Positions 48,039-59,447 of a DNA stretch of 64,000 nucleotides are shown in pieces. The notes beneath the pieces were generated by a model. It was given only the letters and a program-made list of their open reading frames with translations, made no database searches and was not told where the DNA came from. Origin of the DNA: Patescibacteria group bacterium (GTDB lineage: Bacteria; Patescibacteriota; Microgenomatia; Daviesbacterales; UBA10151); the NCBI GenBank assembly GCA_038064895.1, contig JBBTSA010000009.1, positions 13,595 to 77,594 of the forward strand. The letters run 5' to 3'. Each line of letters starts with the position of its first letter. The first letter of the stretch is position 1. Both the position numbers and the translations under genes were made by a program.

Positions 48039-48930
48039 GCAAACTAAGCCCCCTTTCTGAAAGCTTTTCAGAAATTAGCGCTACAGATTTTGTTCCCAAA
48101 TTTTTTGCTTTCAAAAGTCCCTGTCGGGGAATATTTATTAAATCCTCAACAGTATTAACCTCAAAAGCCTTCAAAGCATTAGTTATTCGAACCGGCAAAT
48201 CGAGTTCTTCTACTGTCATCTTTAATACTTCTTCGGAAACTAAAGGAGTCTCTTGTATCATTTCCTCTTCAGGAGCAGGCTCGTAAATTCTTCTGAAAGT
48301 ATCAGATAAGATTCTTGCTGCCTCACTTAATACATCCAAAGGTGTCATTGTACCGTCTGTCGTAATATCTAAAATTAACTTATCAAAATCAGCGCGTCTC
48401 CCAACTCTTGTAGGTTCAACATCGTAATTCACCGAAACAACAGGGGTAAATAAAGCATCAACGGAAATTACACCAATTTCACTGAATTTTCTCTCTTCTG
48501 CGACAGAGTATCCTTTGCCTCTTTCTGCGGAAAGTTCTATACTAAGTTTAGATTTAGCGTCTGTTAAAGTTGCCAGATGAGCATCAGGATTTGCGATTTC
48601 ACCATCTCCTTCAATTTCAAAATCACCTGCTTTCACTTGTCTTTTACCGGATGCTTTTAAAGACAGTTTAATCGGTTGATCCGCAACCCTAATGCGCATT
48701 TTTTTAATATTTAAGATAATTTCAATAACATCCTCTAATATCCCTTCAATCGTTGAAAATTGATGAGACACTCCATCTATCTTCACAGATGTTACGGCAG
48801 AACCCGTCAAAGCAGAAAGGAGTACTCTTCGTAAACTATTTCCTAGTGTATGGCCAAACCCGCTCTCTAACGGCTCTAAGGCAATTTTTGCAAAATTTTC
48901 TTTTTCTTCCTCTATCTTAACTTTAAACAT
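48028..48930 (-). CDS. rpoA: RNA polymerase alpha subunit
   Basis: EPLESGFGHTLGNSLRRVLLS, DKLILDITTDG. Confidence 0.97.
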   Translation of the reverse strand: MFKVKIEEEKENFAKIALEPLESGFGHTLGNSLRRVLLSALTGSAVTSVKIDGVSHQFSTIEGILEDVIEIILNIKKMRIRVADQPIKLSLKASGKRQVKAGDFEIEGDGEIANPDAHLATLTDAKSKLSIELSAERGKGYSVAEERKFSEIGVISVDALFTPVVSVNYDVEPTRVGRRADFDKLILDITTDGTMTPLDVLSEAARILSDTFRRIYEPAPEEEMIQETPLVSEEVLKMTVEELDLPVRITNALKAFEVNTVEDLINIPRQGLLKAKNLGTKSVALISEKLSERGLSLREV

Positions 48931-48971
48931 ATGTTTATATGATGTAAAACCTCAGCTTAAATGCTTCAAGT

Positions 48972-49574
48972 CTAACGACTGTAATACTCAACAACCAATT
49001 GCTCATTGACTCCTTGTTCCATCTCTTCTCTTGTAGGCATTCTTAAAACCTTGCCTACGGTAGCCTGTCTTTCAAGCCACTCTGGCAAGGTACTTTCTAC
49101 TTCTAAACTCTCTTTAACTTGAGCATTATCCGACAATTTGGACGATAATGCAATAGTCTGCCCGACTCTAACATTAAATGAAGGAATCGTCACTTTATTT
49201 CCATCTACTATGATATGACCGTGTGAGACCAGTTGTCGCGCTCCTGCTCTACTCTTTACAAAACCTAAGCGATAAACTATATTATCAAGTCTTGTCTCTA
49301 AGCTCTTAAGTAGTGCCAGTCCCGTTGATCCTCTTAGTTTATTTGCATTTTCAAAATATCTTTTAAATTGTCGTTCCAATACCCCAAAAATTCTTTTTAG
49401 TTTTTGCTTCTCTCGAAGTTGCGTACCATATTCAGAAATCCTTCTCCTCATTCTAAATCCGTGCTGACCGGGTGGAATTGCACCTTTTCTCTCAATTGCC
49501 TTAATATCTTTCGTAAATAAAGGCATGCCCTCACGTCTTGATAATCTTCTTTTTGGACCAATGTAACGAGCCAT
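48972..49574 (-). CDS. rpsD: 30S ribosomal protein S4
   Basis: MARYIGP, PPGQHG, LETRLDN, VEYYSR. Confidence 0.97.
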   Translation of the reverse strand: MARYIGPKRRLSRREGMPLFTKDIKAIERKGAIPPGQHGFRMRRRISEYGTQLREKQKLKRIFGVLERQFKRYFENANKLRGSTGLALLKSLETRLDNIVYRLGFVKSRAGARQLVSHGHIIVDGNKVTIPSFNVRVGQTIALSSKLSDNAQVKESLEVESTLPEWLERQATVGKVLRMPTREEMEQGVNEQLVVEYYSR

Positions 49575-49966
49575 TAAACGCGTCTCCTTTTTTTAGGTCT
49601 TGGACCATTATGAGGAATTGGTGTAACATCTGCGATCATTGTAAGAGAAATTCCTGCACTACGTAGTGCTTTTACTGTAGCATCTCGACCAGATCCTGGT
49701 CCCTTAATGTATACCTCAACTGATACAATACCTAATTCTTTTGCTTTTTGTGCTACCTTTTCCATAGCAGAAATAGCTGCAAAAGGAGTTGCTTTCCTCG
49801 CACCCTTGAAACCCGAAGAGCCGGATGTTCCCCAAGTCAAAGTATTACCAGAGTTATCTGTAAGTGTTACTAACGTATTGTTAAAAGTAGCTGTAACGTA
49901 GACTCTACCGCTAGTAAGTTTACGTTCAGGAGTCTGTTTCTTTTTGATTTGTTTTTTCTTTGCCAT
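49574..49966 (-). CDS. rpsK: 30S ribosomal protein S11
   Basis: TFNNT, KGPGSGR, DVTPIPHNG. Confidence 0.97.
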   Translation of the reverse strand: MAKKKQIKKKQTPERKLTSGRVYVTATFNNTLVTLTDNSGNTLTWGTSGSSGFKGARKATPFAAISAMEKVAQKAKELGIVSVEVYIKGPGSGRDATVKALRSAGISLTMIADVTPIPHNGPRPKKRRRV

Positions 49967-49967
49967 A

Positions 49968-50375
49968 TTACTCGGTTTTACCTCCTTCTACTTTTGCAGC
50001 CGGAGCTTCTTCCTTTTTAATTGCACCTACAGTTTTTCTTTTTCCTCTTTTGGTTCTTGCATTCGATCTTGTCCTTTGTCCTCTTGCTGGCAAGCCTTTC
50101 TTATGCCTTAAACCTCTATAGCTGCCAATTTCTTCAAGTCTTTTAATATTTTGTTCATTTTCTTGCCTCAAATCTCCTTCAACCTTAAATTGATCAACAC
50201 TTCTTTGTAATTTGTTTATCTCTTCCTCGGTTAAATCTTTTACTCTTTTACTGGCCTCTACCCCTGCATTTTTAATAACACTTGTCACATTAGAACGACC
50301 TATACCATATATGTATGTCAAACCGATATCTAGTCTTTTATTTTCAGGAAGATCTACACCTGCAATACGGGCCAT
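49968..50375 (-). CDS. rpsM: 30S ribosomal protein S13
   Basis: [27 protein letters not shown]. Confidence 0.97.
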   Translation of the reverse strand: MARIAGVDLPENKRLDIGLTYIYGIGRSNVTSVIKNAGVEASKRVKDLTEEEINKLQRSVDQFKVEGDLRQENEQNIKRLEEIGSYRGLRHKKGLPARGQRTRSNARTKRGKRKTVGAIKKEEAPAAKVEGGKTE

Positions 50376-50405
50376 TAAAATATACCTCCCAATTTAAAAT
50401 TCATA

Positions 50406-50522
50406 TCATCCTTGTCTTTGTTTATGTCTTGGGTCACGGGGACAGATGACATAAAGTATGCCTTCCCTTTTTACTATTTTGCAAAACTTACACCTTGTTT
50501 TAATACTGGCTTGAACCTTCAC
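50406..50522 (-). CDS. rpmJ: 50S ribosomal protein L36 (not in ORF track)
   Basis: GTG start; [38 protein letters not shown]. Confidence 0.95.
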   Translation of the reverse strand: MKVQASIKTRCKFCKIVKREGILYVICPRDPRHKQRQG

Positions 50523-50533
50523 GTTTTAATTCC

Positions 50534-50776
50534 TTATTTAATTCTAAAAGTAATTCTACCCTTATCCAAATCATATTTCGGACTCATTTCAATCCTAACT
50601 CTATCTCCTTCCAAAAGCCTTATATAGTGCATCCTCATTCTACCGGAGATATGACAAAGAATTACTCTGCCTATCAGTTCAGGCAGATCACGACTCTCTT
50701 CAATCTCAACTCTAAATAGGGTATTAGGTAAGACTTCAATAACTTTACCCGCAACCTCAATGACATCTTTTGCCAT
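50534..50776 (-). CDS. infA: translation initiation factor IF-1
   Basis: [29 protein letters not shown]. Confidence 0.95.
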   Translation of the reverse strand: MAKDVIEVAGKVIEVLPNTLFRVEIEESRDLPELIGRVILCHISGRMRMHYIRLLEGDRVRIEMSPKYDLDKGRITFRIK

Positions 50777-50850
50777 CCTTCGACTCCTTTCATCCTTCGA
50801 CTTACTCAGGATGACCCTGAGTATAATCGAATGGGTCATTCGCTCAGGAT
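50777..50850. repeat. cluster of REP-like CCTTCGACTnnCTCAGG elements upstream of infA
   Basis: CCTTCGAC twice, CCTGAGTATAATCGAATGG, TTCGCTCAGG; related copies at 41354, 47676 and 62355. Confidence 0.7.
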
Positions 50851-50892
50851 AAATATCCTACCAAAATTAGCTTCAAAATACAACCCATAGAA

Positions 50893-51642
50893 TTATACAC
50901 TTCTCCAATCTGTTAAAACTTCAGCCCTATCCTTTCCTACTATCACAGTCATTTCAAAAAGCCCTCCCCAAGATTTATCGGATGAAGAAAAAGTCCAACC
51001 GTCTTTTTCTAAAGTTACCTCATGGGTACCTTTTGCATAAATTGCTTCTAGTGCCAAAGTCATACCTTCTCTTAACATCATCCCTGTTCCTTTACTGCCA
51101 AAACATGGAATTTCAGGATCCTCATGTAAACTTTTTCCTATCCCATGCCCTACCAGACTCCTGACAACATGATACCCTGCGCCTTCCACCTTAGACTGGA
51201 TGGCATACGATATATCACCCACTTTATTATTCCTAATTGCTTGTGTAACTGCGTACCATAAAGCTTCTTCCCCAACTTTTAAGAATGTTTCTTTTTCCCT
51301 ATCTTCTCCTAAAAGGATACTCCAAGCACAATCTGTATGCCAACCCTTATAAACAACCGCTAAGTCAATACTTACTATATCTCCTTTGGCAAATTTGCGG
51401 CCTGTTGGTATCCCATGAACAACCTGCTCGTTCACGGTTATACAGGTTGCATACTTATAGTTAGGGACTGTTTTATAAGACAAATCTCCTCCTAAACTAT
51501 GTATTTCTTCATTAACAATTTTATCAACTGCAAGCTCACTAACCCCTACTTTTACTGAATCCAAAGCTTTTCTTAAGGCAGCCGCCGCAATCTTACCACT
51601 CTTTTTTATTAGTTCTAACTCGTACCTGTTTCTCTTTTTCAT
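50893..51642 (-). CDS. map: methionine aminopeptidase type I
   Basis: VVHGIP, DL..WHTD, GHGIG..HEDP. Confidence 0.95.
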   Translation of the reverse strand: MKKRNRYELELIKKSGKIAAAALRKALDSVKVGVSELAVDKIVNEEIHSLGGDLSYKTVPNYKYATCITVNEQVVHGIPTGRKFAKGDIVSIDLAVVYKGWHTDCAWSILLGEDREKETFLKVGEEALWYAVTQAIRNNKVGDISYAIQSKVEGAGYHVVRSLVGHGIGKSLHEDPEIPCFGSKGTGMMLREGMTLALEAIYAKGTHEVTLEKDGWTFSSSDKSWGGLFEMTVIVGKDRAEVLTDWRSV

Positions 51643-52172
51643 TTATTTAAACCCTCTCTTAAACTATCCTGAATATCTTTAATTTCACCTTCACCACTAA
51701 TTTCTAATAAAATCCCTTTATTTTTATAGTATTTGAGTAAAGGTTCTGTTTGTTCAAAATAAATTTCTAGTCTTTTTTTAATAAGATCTTTAGTATCATC
51801 TTCCCTTCCTCTTTTAAGAAGTCTATCCAAAGCTACGTCTTGAGAAACCTTAAAATAAATTGCTTTATCGAAATTTAAATCTTCTACTTTTTTTGCCTGT
51901 TCCAGTGTCCTTGGATAACCATCCAGAATAAAACCATTCCTTGAGTCATCTCTTTCGATTCTTTCTCTTATAAGTTTTGCAACAGTTTCATCATCAACCA
52001 AATTGCCTGCAGTCAAAAGCTGTTTTATTCTTTTTCCTTTTTCAGTATCGGATGAAGCAATTTCCCTTAAAATATCACCGGTTACAATAAAAGGAGTTTT
52101 AAAATATTCTGCTAAAAGTTTACCTTGTGTTGATTTACCTGATCCTTGCGGACCTAGTAATAATATTTTCAT
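51639..52172 (-). CDS. adk: adenylate kinase
   Basis: [28 protein letters not shown]. Confidence 0.95.
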   Translation of the reverse strand: MKILLLGPQGSGKSTQGKLLAEYFKTPFIVTGDILREIASSDTEKGKRIKQLLTAGNLVDDETVAKLIRERIERDDSRNGFILDGYPRTLEQAKKVEDLNFDKAIYFKVSQDVALDRLLKRGREDDTKDLIKKRLEIYFEQTEPLLKYYKNKGILLEISGEGEIKDIQDSLREGLNK

Positions 52173-53458
52173 TTTGCAAATACCTCATAGCTTCTTTCGA
52201 TAAGTTTTGACTCAAACTGTTTGGCAGTATCCATAATTACCGATACAACAATCAAAAGTCCTGTCCCTCCCAAGATTAAGGTTTGAATTCCTGTTATTGC
52301 AGAGGCAATGGATGGTAAAATAGCAATAGAACCCAAAAATATGGCTCCTGTTAATGTTATCCTTACCATAATATAGTTTAAAAAAGAAGCTGTTTGAGTC
52401 CCCGGCCTAATACCTGGTATAAATCCTCCATATTTTTTTATTTCTTCTGCAACTTTTGTTGGGTTAAAAATCACTGCTGTATAAAAGAAGGTGAAACCGC
52501 AAACTAAAAGGAAATACAAAAGGTTATAAGTAAAAGAAGAAGGATCAAAATTAGAAACTAAAAATCTTCCCAGAAAGTTTAGCTGTGGCTGATTCTGTTG
52601 CGAAAGGAACGATCCTGCGAAAGAAGGGATAAGTACCAAGGATACTGCAAAAATAATCGGAATAACTCCGGCTTGATTAACCCGTAAGGGTAAATAAGTT
52701 TGCGCACCTCCACCTGCTTCCCGTCCTCCTATAAATCTTCTTGCATACTGTACAGTAATTTGTCTTCTTCCTTCATTAATAAACACTACTCCTGCAACTG
52801 TTAAAATACCCAAAGAAGCAAACAATAAAATATTAAAAATTTGAGTTTGGTCCAAAACAGAAGCAGTTTGGGTAAAAACTACAGGAATCCTTGAAACAAT
52901 TCCTGCAAAGATTAAAAGCGATATCCCATTACCAATACCATATTCGGAAATTAACTCTCCGAGCCACATTAAAAAAATAGTGCCGGCAGTCATTCCCACT
53001 ATAATAGAAGCAAGTTGGATTGGAGTAACTTGAGTCAAAATACCCTGATTTTTTAAGAGTACAAACATGCCGATAGCTTGCAAGAAAGCCAAGGGAACGG
53101 TTAAATACCTGGTATACTGATTTATCATTTGTCGCCCCATTTCACCCTCCTTCGATAAAGCTTCCAGTTTCGGCATAATCATTGTTAAAAGTTGCATAAT
53201 TATTGATGCATTAATGTAAGGATTTAGTCCTAAAGAAATTACCGAGAAATTAGCTAAAGTTCCACCTGAAAAAATATCTAAAAGAGATAAAAATTGATTG
53301 GAAGAAAATAGAGCTTGCAGGGCCCCAAGGTCAATTCCTGAAACTGGAATATGTGCAACAATCCTAAATATTACAATAATTACTATGGTGATAATTATTT
53401 TGCGTCTAAGGTCTGGAATCTTAAAGGCAGTAAGTATGGGATTTAAAATATCAAGCAT
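52169..53458 (-). CDS. secY: preprotein translocase SecY
   Basis: [33 protein letters not shown]. Confidence 0.97.
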   Translation of the reverse strand: MLDILNPILTAFKIPDLRRKIIITIVIIVIFRIVAHIPVSGIDLGALQALFSSNQFLSLLDIFSGGTLANFSVISLGLNPYINASIIMQLLTMIMPKLEALSKEGEMGRQMINQYTRYLTVPLAFLQAIGMFVLLKNQGILTQVTPIQLASIIVGMTAGTIFLMWLGELISEYGIGNGISLLIFAGIVSRIPVVFTQTASVLDQTQIFNILLFASLGILTVAGVVFINEGRRQITVQYARRFIGGREAGGGAQTYLPLRVNQAGVIPIIFAVSLVLIPSFAGSFLSQQNQPQLNFLGRFLVSNFDPSSFTYNLLYFLLVCGFTFFYTAVIFNPTKVAEEIKKYGGFIPGIRPGTQTASFLNYIMVRITLTGAIFLGSIAILPSIASAITGIQTLILGGTGLLIVVSVIMDTAKQFESKLIERSYEVFAK

Positions 53459-53885
53459 AAGTTACCTGCCCCTTTACTTTTAAAATCTTTTCTTTGGCAG
53501 TTTTTGAAACCGGCAATTTAACTACCAATGCTTTTTTAACTTCTCCCGTACCTAAAATTTTAACCCCTCTTTTAGCCTCTTTCTCGGTAATTACTTTTGC
53601 TTTTAAAAGCGCCTCTAAATCTATTGTAGATTTAGCCGGGAAATATTTAAACAAAGATAAAAAAACTATTTTAGGGTTTGGTGAAAATTTAGGATTACCT
53701 AAACCTCTTCTTTTCGGCAGTTTTTTATAAAAGGAAAGGTCCCCACTAAACGTAGGCGGAATCTTACCCCTGGCTTTCTGTCCCTTGTTGCCTCTTCCGG
53801 CAGTTTTACCTTTTCCGCTACCTATGCCGCGACCAACCCTTTTGTTACCTTTATTCTTAACTTTTATTAACTGATGAATCCTCAT
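53451..53885 (-). CDS. rplO: 50S ribosomal protein L15
   Basis: [24 protein letters not shown]. Confidence 0.96.
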   Translation of the reverse strand: MRIHQLIKVKNKGNKRVGRGIGSGKGKTAGRGNKGQKARGKIPPTFSGDLSFYKKLPKRRGLGNPKFSPNPKIVFLSLFKYFPAKSTIDLEALLKAKVITEKEAKRGVKILGTGEVKKALVVKLPVSKTAKEKILKVKGQVTYA

Positions 53886-53887
53886 TT

Positions 53888-54394
53888 TTAATGTGTATCC
53901 TTTATTTCCGTGTTTTTAACGTTTCCCGGCTTTAGCATCCTAAGTGCTTGCATTGTTGCATAGACATTAGATGCCTGATTTTTTGTTCCTAATATTTTTG
54001 AGACAATATCGGAAATGCCGGCGGCCTCAACAACAACCCTTACTGCACCTCCAGCAATAACACCAGTTCCCAAAGGCGCAGGCTTTAAAAGAACCTTAGC
54101 TGCCCCGGTTTTAACTGAAATTTCATGAGGAATGGTACCCCCTCTTAACGGAACGGAAATGAAGTGTCTCTTTGCATAAGCTGTAGCCTTTCTTACGGCG
54201 GATTGTACCTCTTGAGCTTTTCCTAAACCAACCCCCACACGTCCTTTTCTATCCCCAACAACAACCAGAACAGAAAGAGATCTCCGATCGCCTCCTTTAG
54301 TCTTCTTTGATACTCTATTCACTTGAACAACCCTTTCAAAGAACTCAGACCCTTCCTGCTGCATATTCTTATTGTATCTGTAGTTTGGCTTCAT
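53888..54394 (-). CDS. rpsE: 30S ribosomal protein S5
   Basis: RVSKKTKGG, LVVVGD, GTGVIAGG. Confidence 0.96.
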   Translation of the reverse strand: MKPNYRYNKNMQQEGSEFFERVVQVNRVSKKTKGGDRRSLSVLVVVGDRKGRVGVGLGKAQEVQSAVRKATAYAKRHFISVPLRGGTIPHEISVKTGAAKVLLKPAPLGTGVIAGGAVRVVVEAAGISDIVSKILGTKNQASNVYATMQALRMLKPGNVKNTEIKDTH

Positions 54395-54421
54395 AATAAT
54401 TAGTAATTAGTGCTGAGTACA

Positions 54422-54754
54422 CTAAAATTCCAACCCTCCTTCCCTTGCACCTTTTGCAAGTTCACTTATTCTACCATGGTATAAAAAACCTCCTCTATCA
54501 AACACAACTTTGGTAATATTTTTTTTTATAGCTTTGTGTCCTAAAGTCTTCCCGACATTATACGATTTCTCACTCTTTTTGCCTGTAACTTTTACATCAG
54601 ATGCCCAAACTAAAGTTTTACCAGTTGTATCGTCAATAATTTGTGCGTAAATATGTCGATTAGATCTAAACACAGAAAGCCTGAACCTACCACTAGTTCC
54701 GACTATCCTTTTCCTTATTTTTAAATGTCTTTTAACCCTTAAAGTTTTCTTCAT
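54422..54754 (-). CDS. rplR: 50S ribosomal protein L18
   Basis: [26 protein letters not shown]. Confidence 0.96.
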   Translation of the reverse strand: MKKTLRVKRHLKIRKRIVGTSGRFRLSVFRSNRHIYAQIIDDTTGKTLVWASDVKVTGKKSEKSYNVGKTLGHKAIKKNITKVVFDRGGFLYHGRISELAKGAREGGLEF

Positions 54755-54771
54755 AAAATTTTAAATTCAAA

Positions 54772-55338
54772 TTATTTATTCCCTCCTATCCCTACTGTTC
54801 CTACCTTAGCAGCCTTACCTGCCTTTTTCCTAATATATTCGCCCTCAAACCTTATACCTTTACCTTTATAAACATCAGGTACTTTAATTTTCCTAATGTT
54901 AGCAGCTACTTGTCCAACAAATTGCTTATCGCAACCCAAAACAGTAATCTTTGTGTTATCACTAACCTCAAATGTTACATTCTCGGGAGCATTTACTTCT
55001 ACGGGATGAGAGAATCCAATATTTAGGTTTAATTTTTTCCCATCTGTTTGAGCCCTAAACCCAACACCCACAAGCTCCAGATTTCTACTCCACCCTTTTG
55101 TTACGCCACTTATCATATTGGCAATTAAACTTCTTGTTAAACCATGTAGAGAACGGACATTTTTATCATCACTTTCTCTTCTTACAATAATCCTATCACC
55201 CTCTACCTCTACCTTAACTGTTGGATCAAAATTAAAATCTAACTTCCCCTTAGGACCATTTACCACTACGGTATTACCAATCTTTTCAATGGTTACTCCA
55301 GAAGGTATTTGTATCGGTAAGTTTCCTATCCTACTCAT
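54772..55338 (-). CDS. rplF: 50S ribosomal protein L6
   Basis: MSRIG, GPKG, GVGFRA, YKGKGIR. Confidence 0.96.
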   Translation of the reverse strand: MSRIGNLPIQIPSGVTIEKIGNTVVVNGPKGKLDFNFDPTVKVEVEGDRIIVRRESDDKNVRSLHGLTRSLIANMISGVTKGWSRNLELVGVGFRAQTDGKKLNLNIGFSHPVEVNAPENVTFEVSDNTKITVLGCDKQFVGQVAANIRKIKVPDVYKGKGIRFEGEYIRKKAGKAAKVGTVGIGGNK

Positions 55339-55358
55339 AATTTTAAATTGCGCGGGTG

Positions 55359-55733
55359 TTACCACACGAGCGCCAGTACTTCGCCTCCTACATTTTGTTT
55401 TCTTGCATCAACATCTGTCATTACACCTTTTGGCGTTGAAATAATGGCAATCCCGAGACCTCCCATAACTTTTGGGAGTTGGTTAACCCCTTTATATATT
55501 CTTAGAGATGGCCTTGAGACTCTTTTTAAATTTGTAATTGATGGAACTCGACCATTATATTTAAGCTGCACTTCAAGGTTATTACCCTTCTTGTCAACCT
55601 TTCCGAGATAACCCTCTTTTTGAAGCAGTTTCAATACTGCAAGAGTTAACTTAGAATATTTAACCAGGATACTCTGTGCACCTACTAAATAACCATTTTT
55701 AATTCTAATTAAAGCATCTGTAGTTGTATCCAT
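55359..55733 (-). CDS. rpsH: 30S ribosomal protein S8
   Basis: RIKNG, SRPSLRIY, STPKG, GGE. Confidence 0.96.
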   Translation of the reverse strand: MDTTTDALIRIKNGYLVGAQSILVKYSKLTLAVLKLLQKEGYLGKVDKKGNNLEVQLKYNGRVPSITNLKRVSRPSLRIYKGVNQLPKVMGGLGIAIISTPKGVMTDVDARKQNVGGEVLALVW

Positions 55734-55737
55734 AAAT

Positions 55738-55917
55738 TTACCAACTCGCTTTCTTCACCCCTGGTAAAACACCTAGGTGAGCTAATTCTCTAAAACAAAG
55801 TCTGCAAAGACCAAAACGCCTGATGTAACCTCTAGATCTACCACAGCGTAAACATCTGTTTCTTTTTTGTACTTCGAACTTAAACCGGCTTTTAACAATA
55901 TTACTTACCTTTGCCAT
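55738..55917 (-). CDS. rpsN: 30S ribosomal protein S14, zinc type (not in ORF track)
   Basis: [35 protein letters not shown]. Confidence 0.95.
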   Translation of the reverse strand: MAKVSNIVKSRFKFEVQKRNRCLRCGRSRGYIRRFGLCRLCFRELAHLGVLPGVKKASW

Positions 55918-56464
55918 CTCGCACTTCCTCTCTGAAAGGCATTCCTAAATACTCTAAGAGTTTTCTGCCCTCTTCTTTTGTTTTTGCGACTGTTGCTATT
56001 GTTACTGCCAAGCCTCTTGTTTTATCAATTGTTTTGTAATCTACTTCCGGGAAAATAATTTGTTCCTTAAGCCCTATATTTAAATTCCCATGCGTATCAA
56101 AAGACGAGAGTTGAATACCTTTAAAATCCCTAACTTTTGGCAAAACAACACTAACTAGTTTGTCTAAAAAAGAATACATCCTATCTCCACGGAGAGTTAT
56201 CATTACACCAATTGTTTGACCTTTGCTTAATTTAAATGTAGAAATTGATTTTTTAGCACGAGTCACAACCGGTATCTGTCCAGATAAAGCAGCAAGATAA
56301 ACTTTTGCTTTCTCTAAAATGGAAGAATTATCTTTAGCATCGCCCAAACCCATGCTTATCACAATTTTTTCAACATGCGGCACTTCTAGGCTACTTTTTA
56401 ACCCCAATTCCTGTTGCAACTTTTGTCTTATTTGGTTTAAATATTTTTCCTTAAGTCTTTGCAT
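55901..56464 (-). CDS. rplE: 50S ribosomal protein L5
   Basis: [23 protein letters not shown]. Confidence 0.96.
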   Translation of the reverse strand: MQRLKEKYLNQIRQKLQQELGLKSSLEVPHVEKIVISMGLGDAKDNSSILEKAKVYLAALSGQIPVVTRAKKSISTFKLSKGQTIGVMITLRGDRMYSFLDKLVSVVLPKVRDFKGIQLSSFDTHGNLNIGLKEQIIFPEVDYKTIDKTRGLAVTIATVAKTKEEGRKLLEYLGMPFREEVRDGKGK

Positions 56465-56768
56465 CTTTTATTTCCTTTTTGCATTTTTTACATATTCTTA
56501 ACTTTTCTTTTCCCATTATCTTAAACCCCACTCTAGTTGGCTTTTTACAGCTTGGGCAAAGCAAAGCCACATTGGATACATCCAGCGATTTTGGAATATC
56601 TAGAATACCCCCTTTTGTATCTCCCACCTTTCTAACATGTCTTTTGTAGACATTTACTCCTTCTACAAATAAACGTTTTTCTTTCCCTAAAACAAATTTA
56701 ACCTCTCCAGTTTTCCCTCTGTCCTTCCCTAGCATTATTTTTACTTTGTCACCTTTCTTAATTTTCAT
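56451..56768 (-). CDS. rplX: 50S ribosomal protein L24
   Basis: KKGDKV..GKDRGK, SNV. Confidence 0.96.
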   Translation of the reverse strand: MKIKKGDKVKIMLGKDRGKTGEVKFVLGKEKRLFVEGVNVYKRHVRKVGDTKGGILDIPKSLDVSNVALLCPSCKKPTRVGFKIMGKEKLRICKKCKKEIKDAKT

Positions 56769-56788
56769 AATAATTAGTGAACTCCTTT

Positions 56789-57157
56789 CTACCAGACTTC
56801 CTGGGCTAAAGAAACAATCTTTGTAAAGCCCTTGTCTCTTACTTCTCTTGCGATCGGGCCAAAGATTCGAGTTGAGCGTAAATTACCATCATTATCAATT
56901 ATTACACCGGCATTATCGTCGAATTTGACATAGGAACCATCCAACCTTCTTACTTCCTTCTTGGTCCTTACAACTATAACTTTGACCTTCTCGTGATCGG
57001 AAACTGTGCCATTAGGATCTGCTCCCTTTACAACTGCCACAACAATTTCCCCAACTGTTGCTTTTCTTTTACCTGAACCACCCAATGGCTGAATAACTTG
57101 TAAAAGTTTTGCTCCACTATTATCCGCAACTGTAAGCATCGTTCTATGCTGCACCAT
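56789..57157 (-). CDS. rplN: 50S ribosomal protein L14
   Basis: [19 protein letters not shown]. Confidence 0.97.
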   Translation of the reverse strand: MVQHRTMLTVADNSGAKLLQVIQPLGGSGKRKATVGEIVVAVVKGADPNGTVSDHEKVKVIVVRTKKEVRRLDGSYVKFDDNAGVIIDNDGNLRSTRIFGPIAREVRDKGFTKIVSLAQEVW

Positions 57158-57476
57158 TTTCTTTTTTCTCCTCTTGTAAACGCTGATCTGGCATTATCTC
57201 ATCTATAATATCTTTTGTTTGTTCTTTTAATTTTTCTTCCATAATCTCATCCAATCGTTTACCTAAAACCTTTATAACCTTAAAATGTTTTCTTTTAGAT
57301 ATAGGCGCAACCTTTATAATTTCGATAAGATCTCCCATCTTTACTCCTATTGGATCCTCTACTAAGTATTTTTTGGATCGAATAAAAGCCTTTTTATATA
57401 AAGGGTGTAAGCTTTGTCTTTCAACCAAAACTGTTACTGATTTTTCCAATTTTTTTGCAATTACTCTGGCAATCAC
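57144..57476 (-). CDS. rpsQ: 30S ribosomal protein S17
   Basis: HPLYKK, GD, PISKRK. Confidence 0.92.
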   Translation of the reverse strand: MIARVIAKKLEKSVTVLVERQSLHPLYKKAFIRSKKYLVEDPIGVKMGDLIEIIKVAPISKRKHFKVIKVLGKRLDEIMEEKLKEQTKDIIDEIMPDQRLQEEKKENGAA

Positions 57477-57709
57477 TTCTTCACTCCCTCTTCTTGTGGT
57501 TCCAACCTAGCTAACAGTTGTTTTTGATTTAAGATTGTTAAAATTTGTGCTGTATCTTTTCTCTTTTGAGAAATAATTTTTACATCTTTTAATTTTTTCA
57601 TATTTTTATCCAGAACTAGACCGGCAATCTCATCTTTTAGAGACTTCACCTTTAGTCTTAACTGTCTTAAATCCAACCCTATAATTTGCAATAAATCGTT
57701 TTTTTTCAT
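57473..57709 (-). CDS. rpmC: 50S ribosomal protein L29
   Basis: position between rplP and rpsQ; RKDTAQILT. Confidence 0.85.
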   Translation of the reverse strand: MKKNDLLQIIGLDLRQLRLKVKSLKDEIAGLVLDKNMKKLKDVKIISQKRKDTAQILTILNQKQLLARLEPQEEGVKK

Positions 57710-57716
57710 AAATTTG

Positions 57717-58130
57717 TTACTCTTTCACAATTATTTTTGTATTGAGTGGCAATTTGTGAGCTGCTAAACGAAGTGCCTCCTGAGCTATTTCTTCTGTTAC
57801 AGCACCCATTTCAAAAATTAATTGTCCTGGTTTAACCACAGCTACAAATCCTTCTACATCCCCTTTGCCGGAGCCCATCCTGGATTCTGCCGGATGTTTT
57901 GTAACTGGCTTATCGGGAAAAACTCTGATCCAGATTCTTCCCCCTCTTTGGGTATAGTGAGCCATTGCCCGCCTTGCAGCTTCAAGCTGGCGAGAAGACA
58001 ACCAACCATCCTGCATAGCCTTTAGACCAAATGATCCGAATGCCAGGCTATTGCCGCGTGTTGCTACACCGCCTCTTTTCCCTCTAAAAGTTTTTCTATG
58101 TTTGCTTCTTTTGGGTTGCAAAAGTGCCAT
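57717..58130 (-). CDS. rplP: 50S ribosomal protein L16
   Basis: LEAARR, WIRVFPD, RMGSGKG. Confidence 0.97.
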   Translation of the reverse strand: MALLQPKRSKHRKTFRGKRGGVATRGNSLAFGSFGLKAMQDGWLSSRQLEAARRAMAHYTQRGGRIWIRVFPDKPVTKHPAESRMGSGKGDVEGFVAVVKPGQLIFEMGAVTEEIAQEALRLAAHKLPLNTKIIVKE

Positions 58131-58772
58131 TTATATCTCAACCTCCCCTTTGTTAATCCAAACTTTAACTCCAACATAACCGGATTTTGTTAAAGCCGGA
58201 TAATTAGCAAAATCTATGTTTGCCCTAAGTGTATGTAAAGGCATTGTTCCTTCTTGTTTCCATTCTCTCCTTGCAATTTCTGCGCCTCCTATCCTACCGG
58301 ATAAAACAATTCTAACTCCTTTTGCTCCTGCTCTAATAACTCTTTCTTTTACCTGATTCATAACTCTTTGAGCCGGGATTCTTTTAATTAATTGTTCTGC
58401 GACAGATTGAGCAACAAGGTATGCTGATAAATCTGCTGATTTAATTTCCATAGGAGCAATTTCTAAGCTATTTTCATCTTTCATCTTAAGTTGAGAAAGC
58501 AAGAATTTCTTTAATTCGTTAAGTCCTGCTCCTCCTCTGCCGATCAGTACTCCCGGACGGGCAACAAAAATTATTATTTTTAACTTATTTATTGCTCTTT
58601 CAATCTCAACAGATGAAATGCCTGCTAATTTAAGCTTTTTCATGAGGATCTGTCTAATTTTCATATCTTGTGCAACATATTGGCGATACTCCTTTTCCGG
58701 AGCAAACCAACGGGACTGCCAAGTTGCACTAATACCTAATCTAAAACCAACAGGGTGAATTTTCTGACCCAT
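58131..58772 (-). CDS. rpsC: 30S ribosomal protein S3
   Basis: MGQKIHPVGFRLG, GRIGGAEIAR, PLHTLRA. Confidence 0.97.
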   Translation of the reverse strand: MGQKIHPVGFRLGISATWQSRWFAPEKEYRQYVAQDMKIRQILMKKLKLAGISSVEIERAINKLKIIIFVARPGVLIGRGGAGLNELKKFLLSQLKMKDENSLEIAPMEIKSADLSAYLVAQSVAEQLIKRIPAQRVMNQVKERVIRAGAKGVRIVLSGRIGGAEIARREWKQEGTMPLHTLRANIDFANYPALTKSGYVGVKVWINKGEVEI

Positions 58773-59161
58773 TATTTTTTCTCCTCTCTTCTTTTTTCAG
58801 ACTTTTCACTTTGCACTTTTAACTTTTCACTTAAATCGTCCGCTAGGACAATTTTAATGTGGCTCATCTTTCGCTGATATGGCCTGACCCTTCCCCTTGT
58901 TCCTGCTCTGTATCTTTTCATCCTTGGCCCTTCATTAATTTCAATTTTTTTGAAGGCTATTTTTTCAGAATCCAAACCTTTTTGTTTTGCATTAGCAACT
59001 GCTGTATTTATAACTTTTAATAACTCTTTCGCAGCAGCCCTTTGCGTAATTGTTAAAATATCTTGTGCTCTGGTTGGAACCATTTTCCTTACCATATCAG
59101 CCACAAGCCGGAGTTTCCGCGGTGAGGTATGTATAAATTTTTGAATACTTACTGCTTCCAT
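58772..59161 (-). CDS. rplV: 50S ribosomal protein L22
   Basis: SPRKLRLVAD, AVANA, EGP..KR, SHI. Confidence 0.95.
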   Translation of the reverse strand: MEAVSIQKFIHTSPRKLRLVADMVRKMVPTRAQDILTITQRAAAKELLKVINTAVANAKQKGLDSEKIAFKKIEINEGPRMKRYRAGTRGRVRPYQRKMSHIKIVLADDLSEKLKVQSEKSEKRREEKK

Positions 59162-59162
59162 A

Positions 59163-59447
59163 TTAAGTCTTCTCCAATACTCTCTTCGTGACTTGGCCAT
59201 GACTTCTAAAGATTCTTGTTGGGGCAAATTCCCCTAATCTTTGTCCTACCATTGATTCCGAAACAAAAACAGAGACAAAATTTTTACCCTGATGAACCAA
59301 AAATGTATGCCCTACAAATTCAGGTGGAATTTGTGATCTTCTGGACCAGGTTTTAATAGGGGCTTTTGCCCCACCAGCTTTTTGAGCCATTACTTTCTTT
59401 AACAATTTCTCATCCACAAATGGTCCCTTTTTACTTGATCTGGCCAT
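59163..59447 (-). CDS. rpsS: 30S ribosomal protein S19
   Basis: [20 protein letters not shown]. Confidence 0.97.
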   Translation of the reverse strand: MARSSKKGPFVDEKLLKKVMAQKAGGAKAPIKTWSRRSQIPPEFVGHTFLVHQGKNFVSVFVSESMVGQRLGEFAPTRIFRSHGQVTKRVLEKT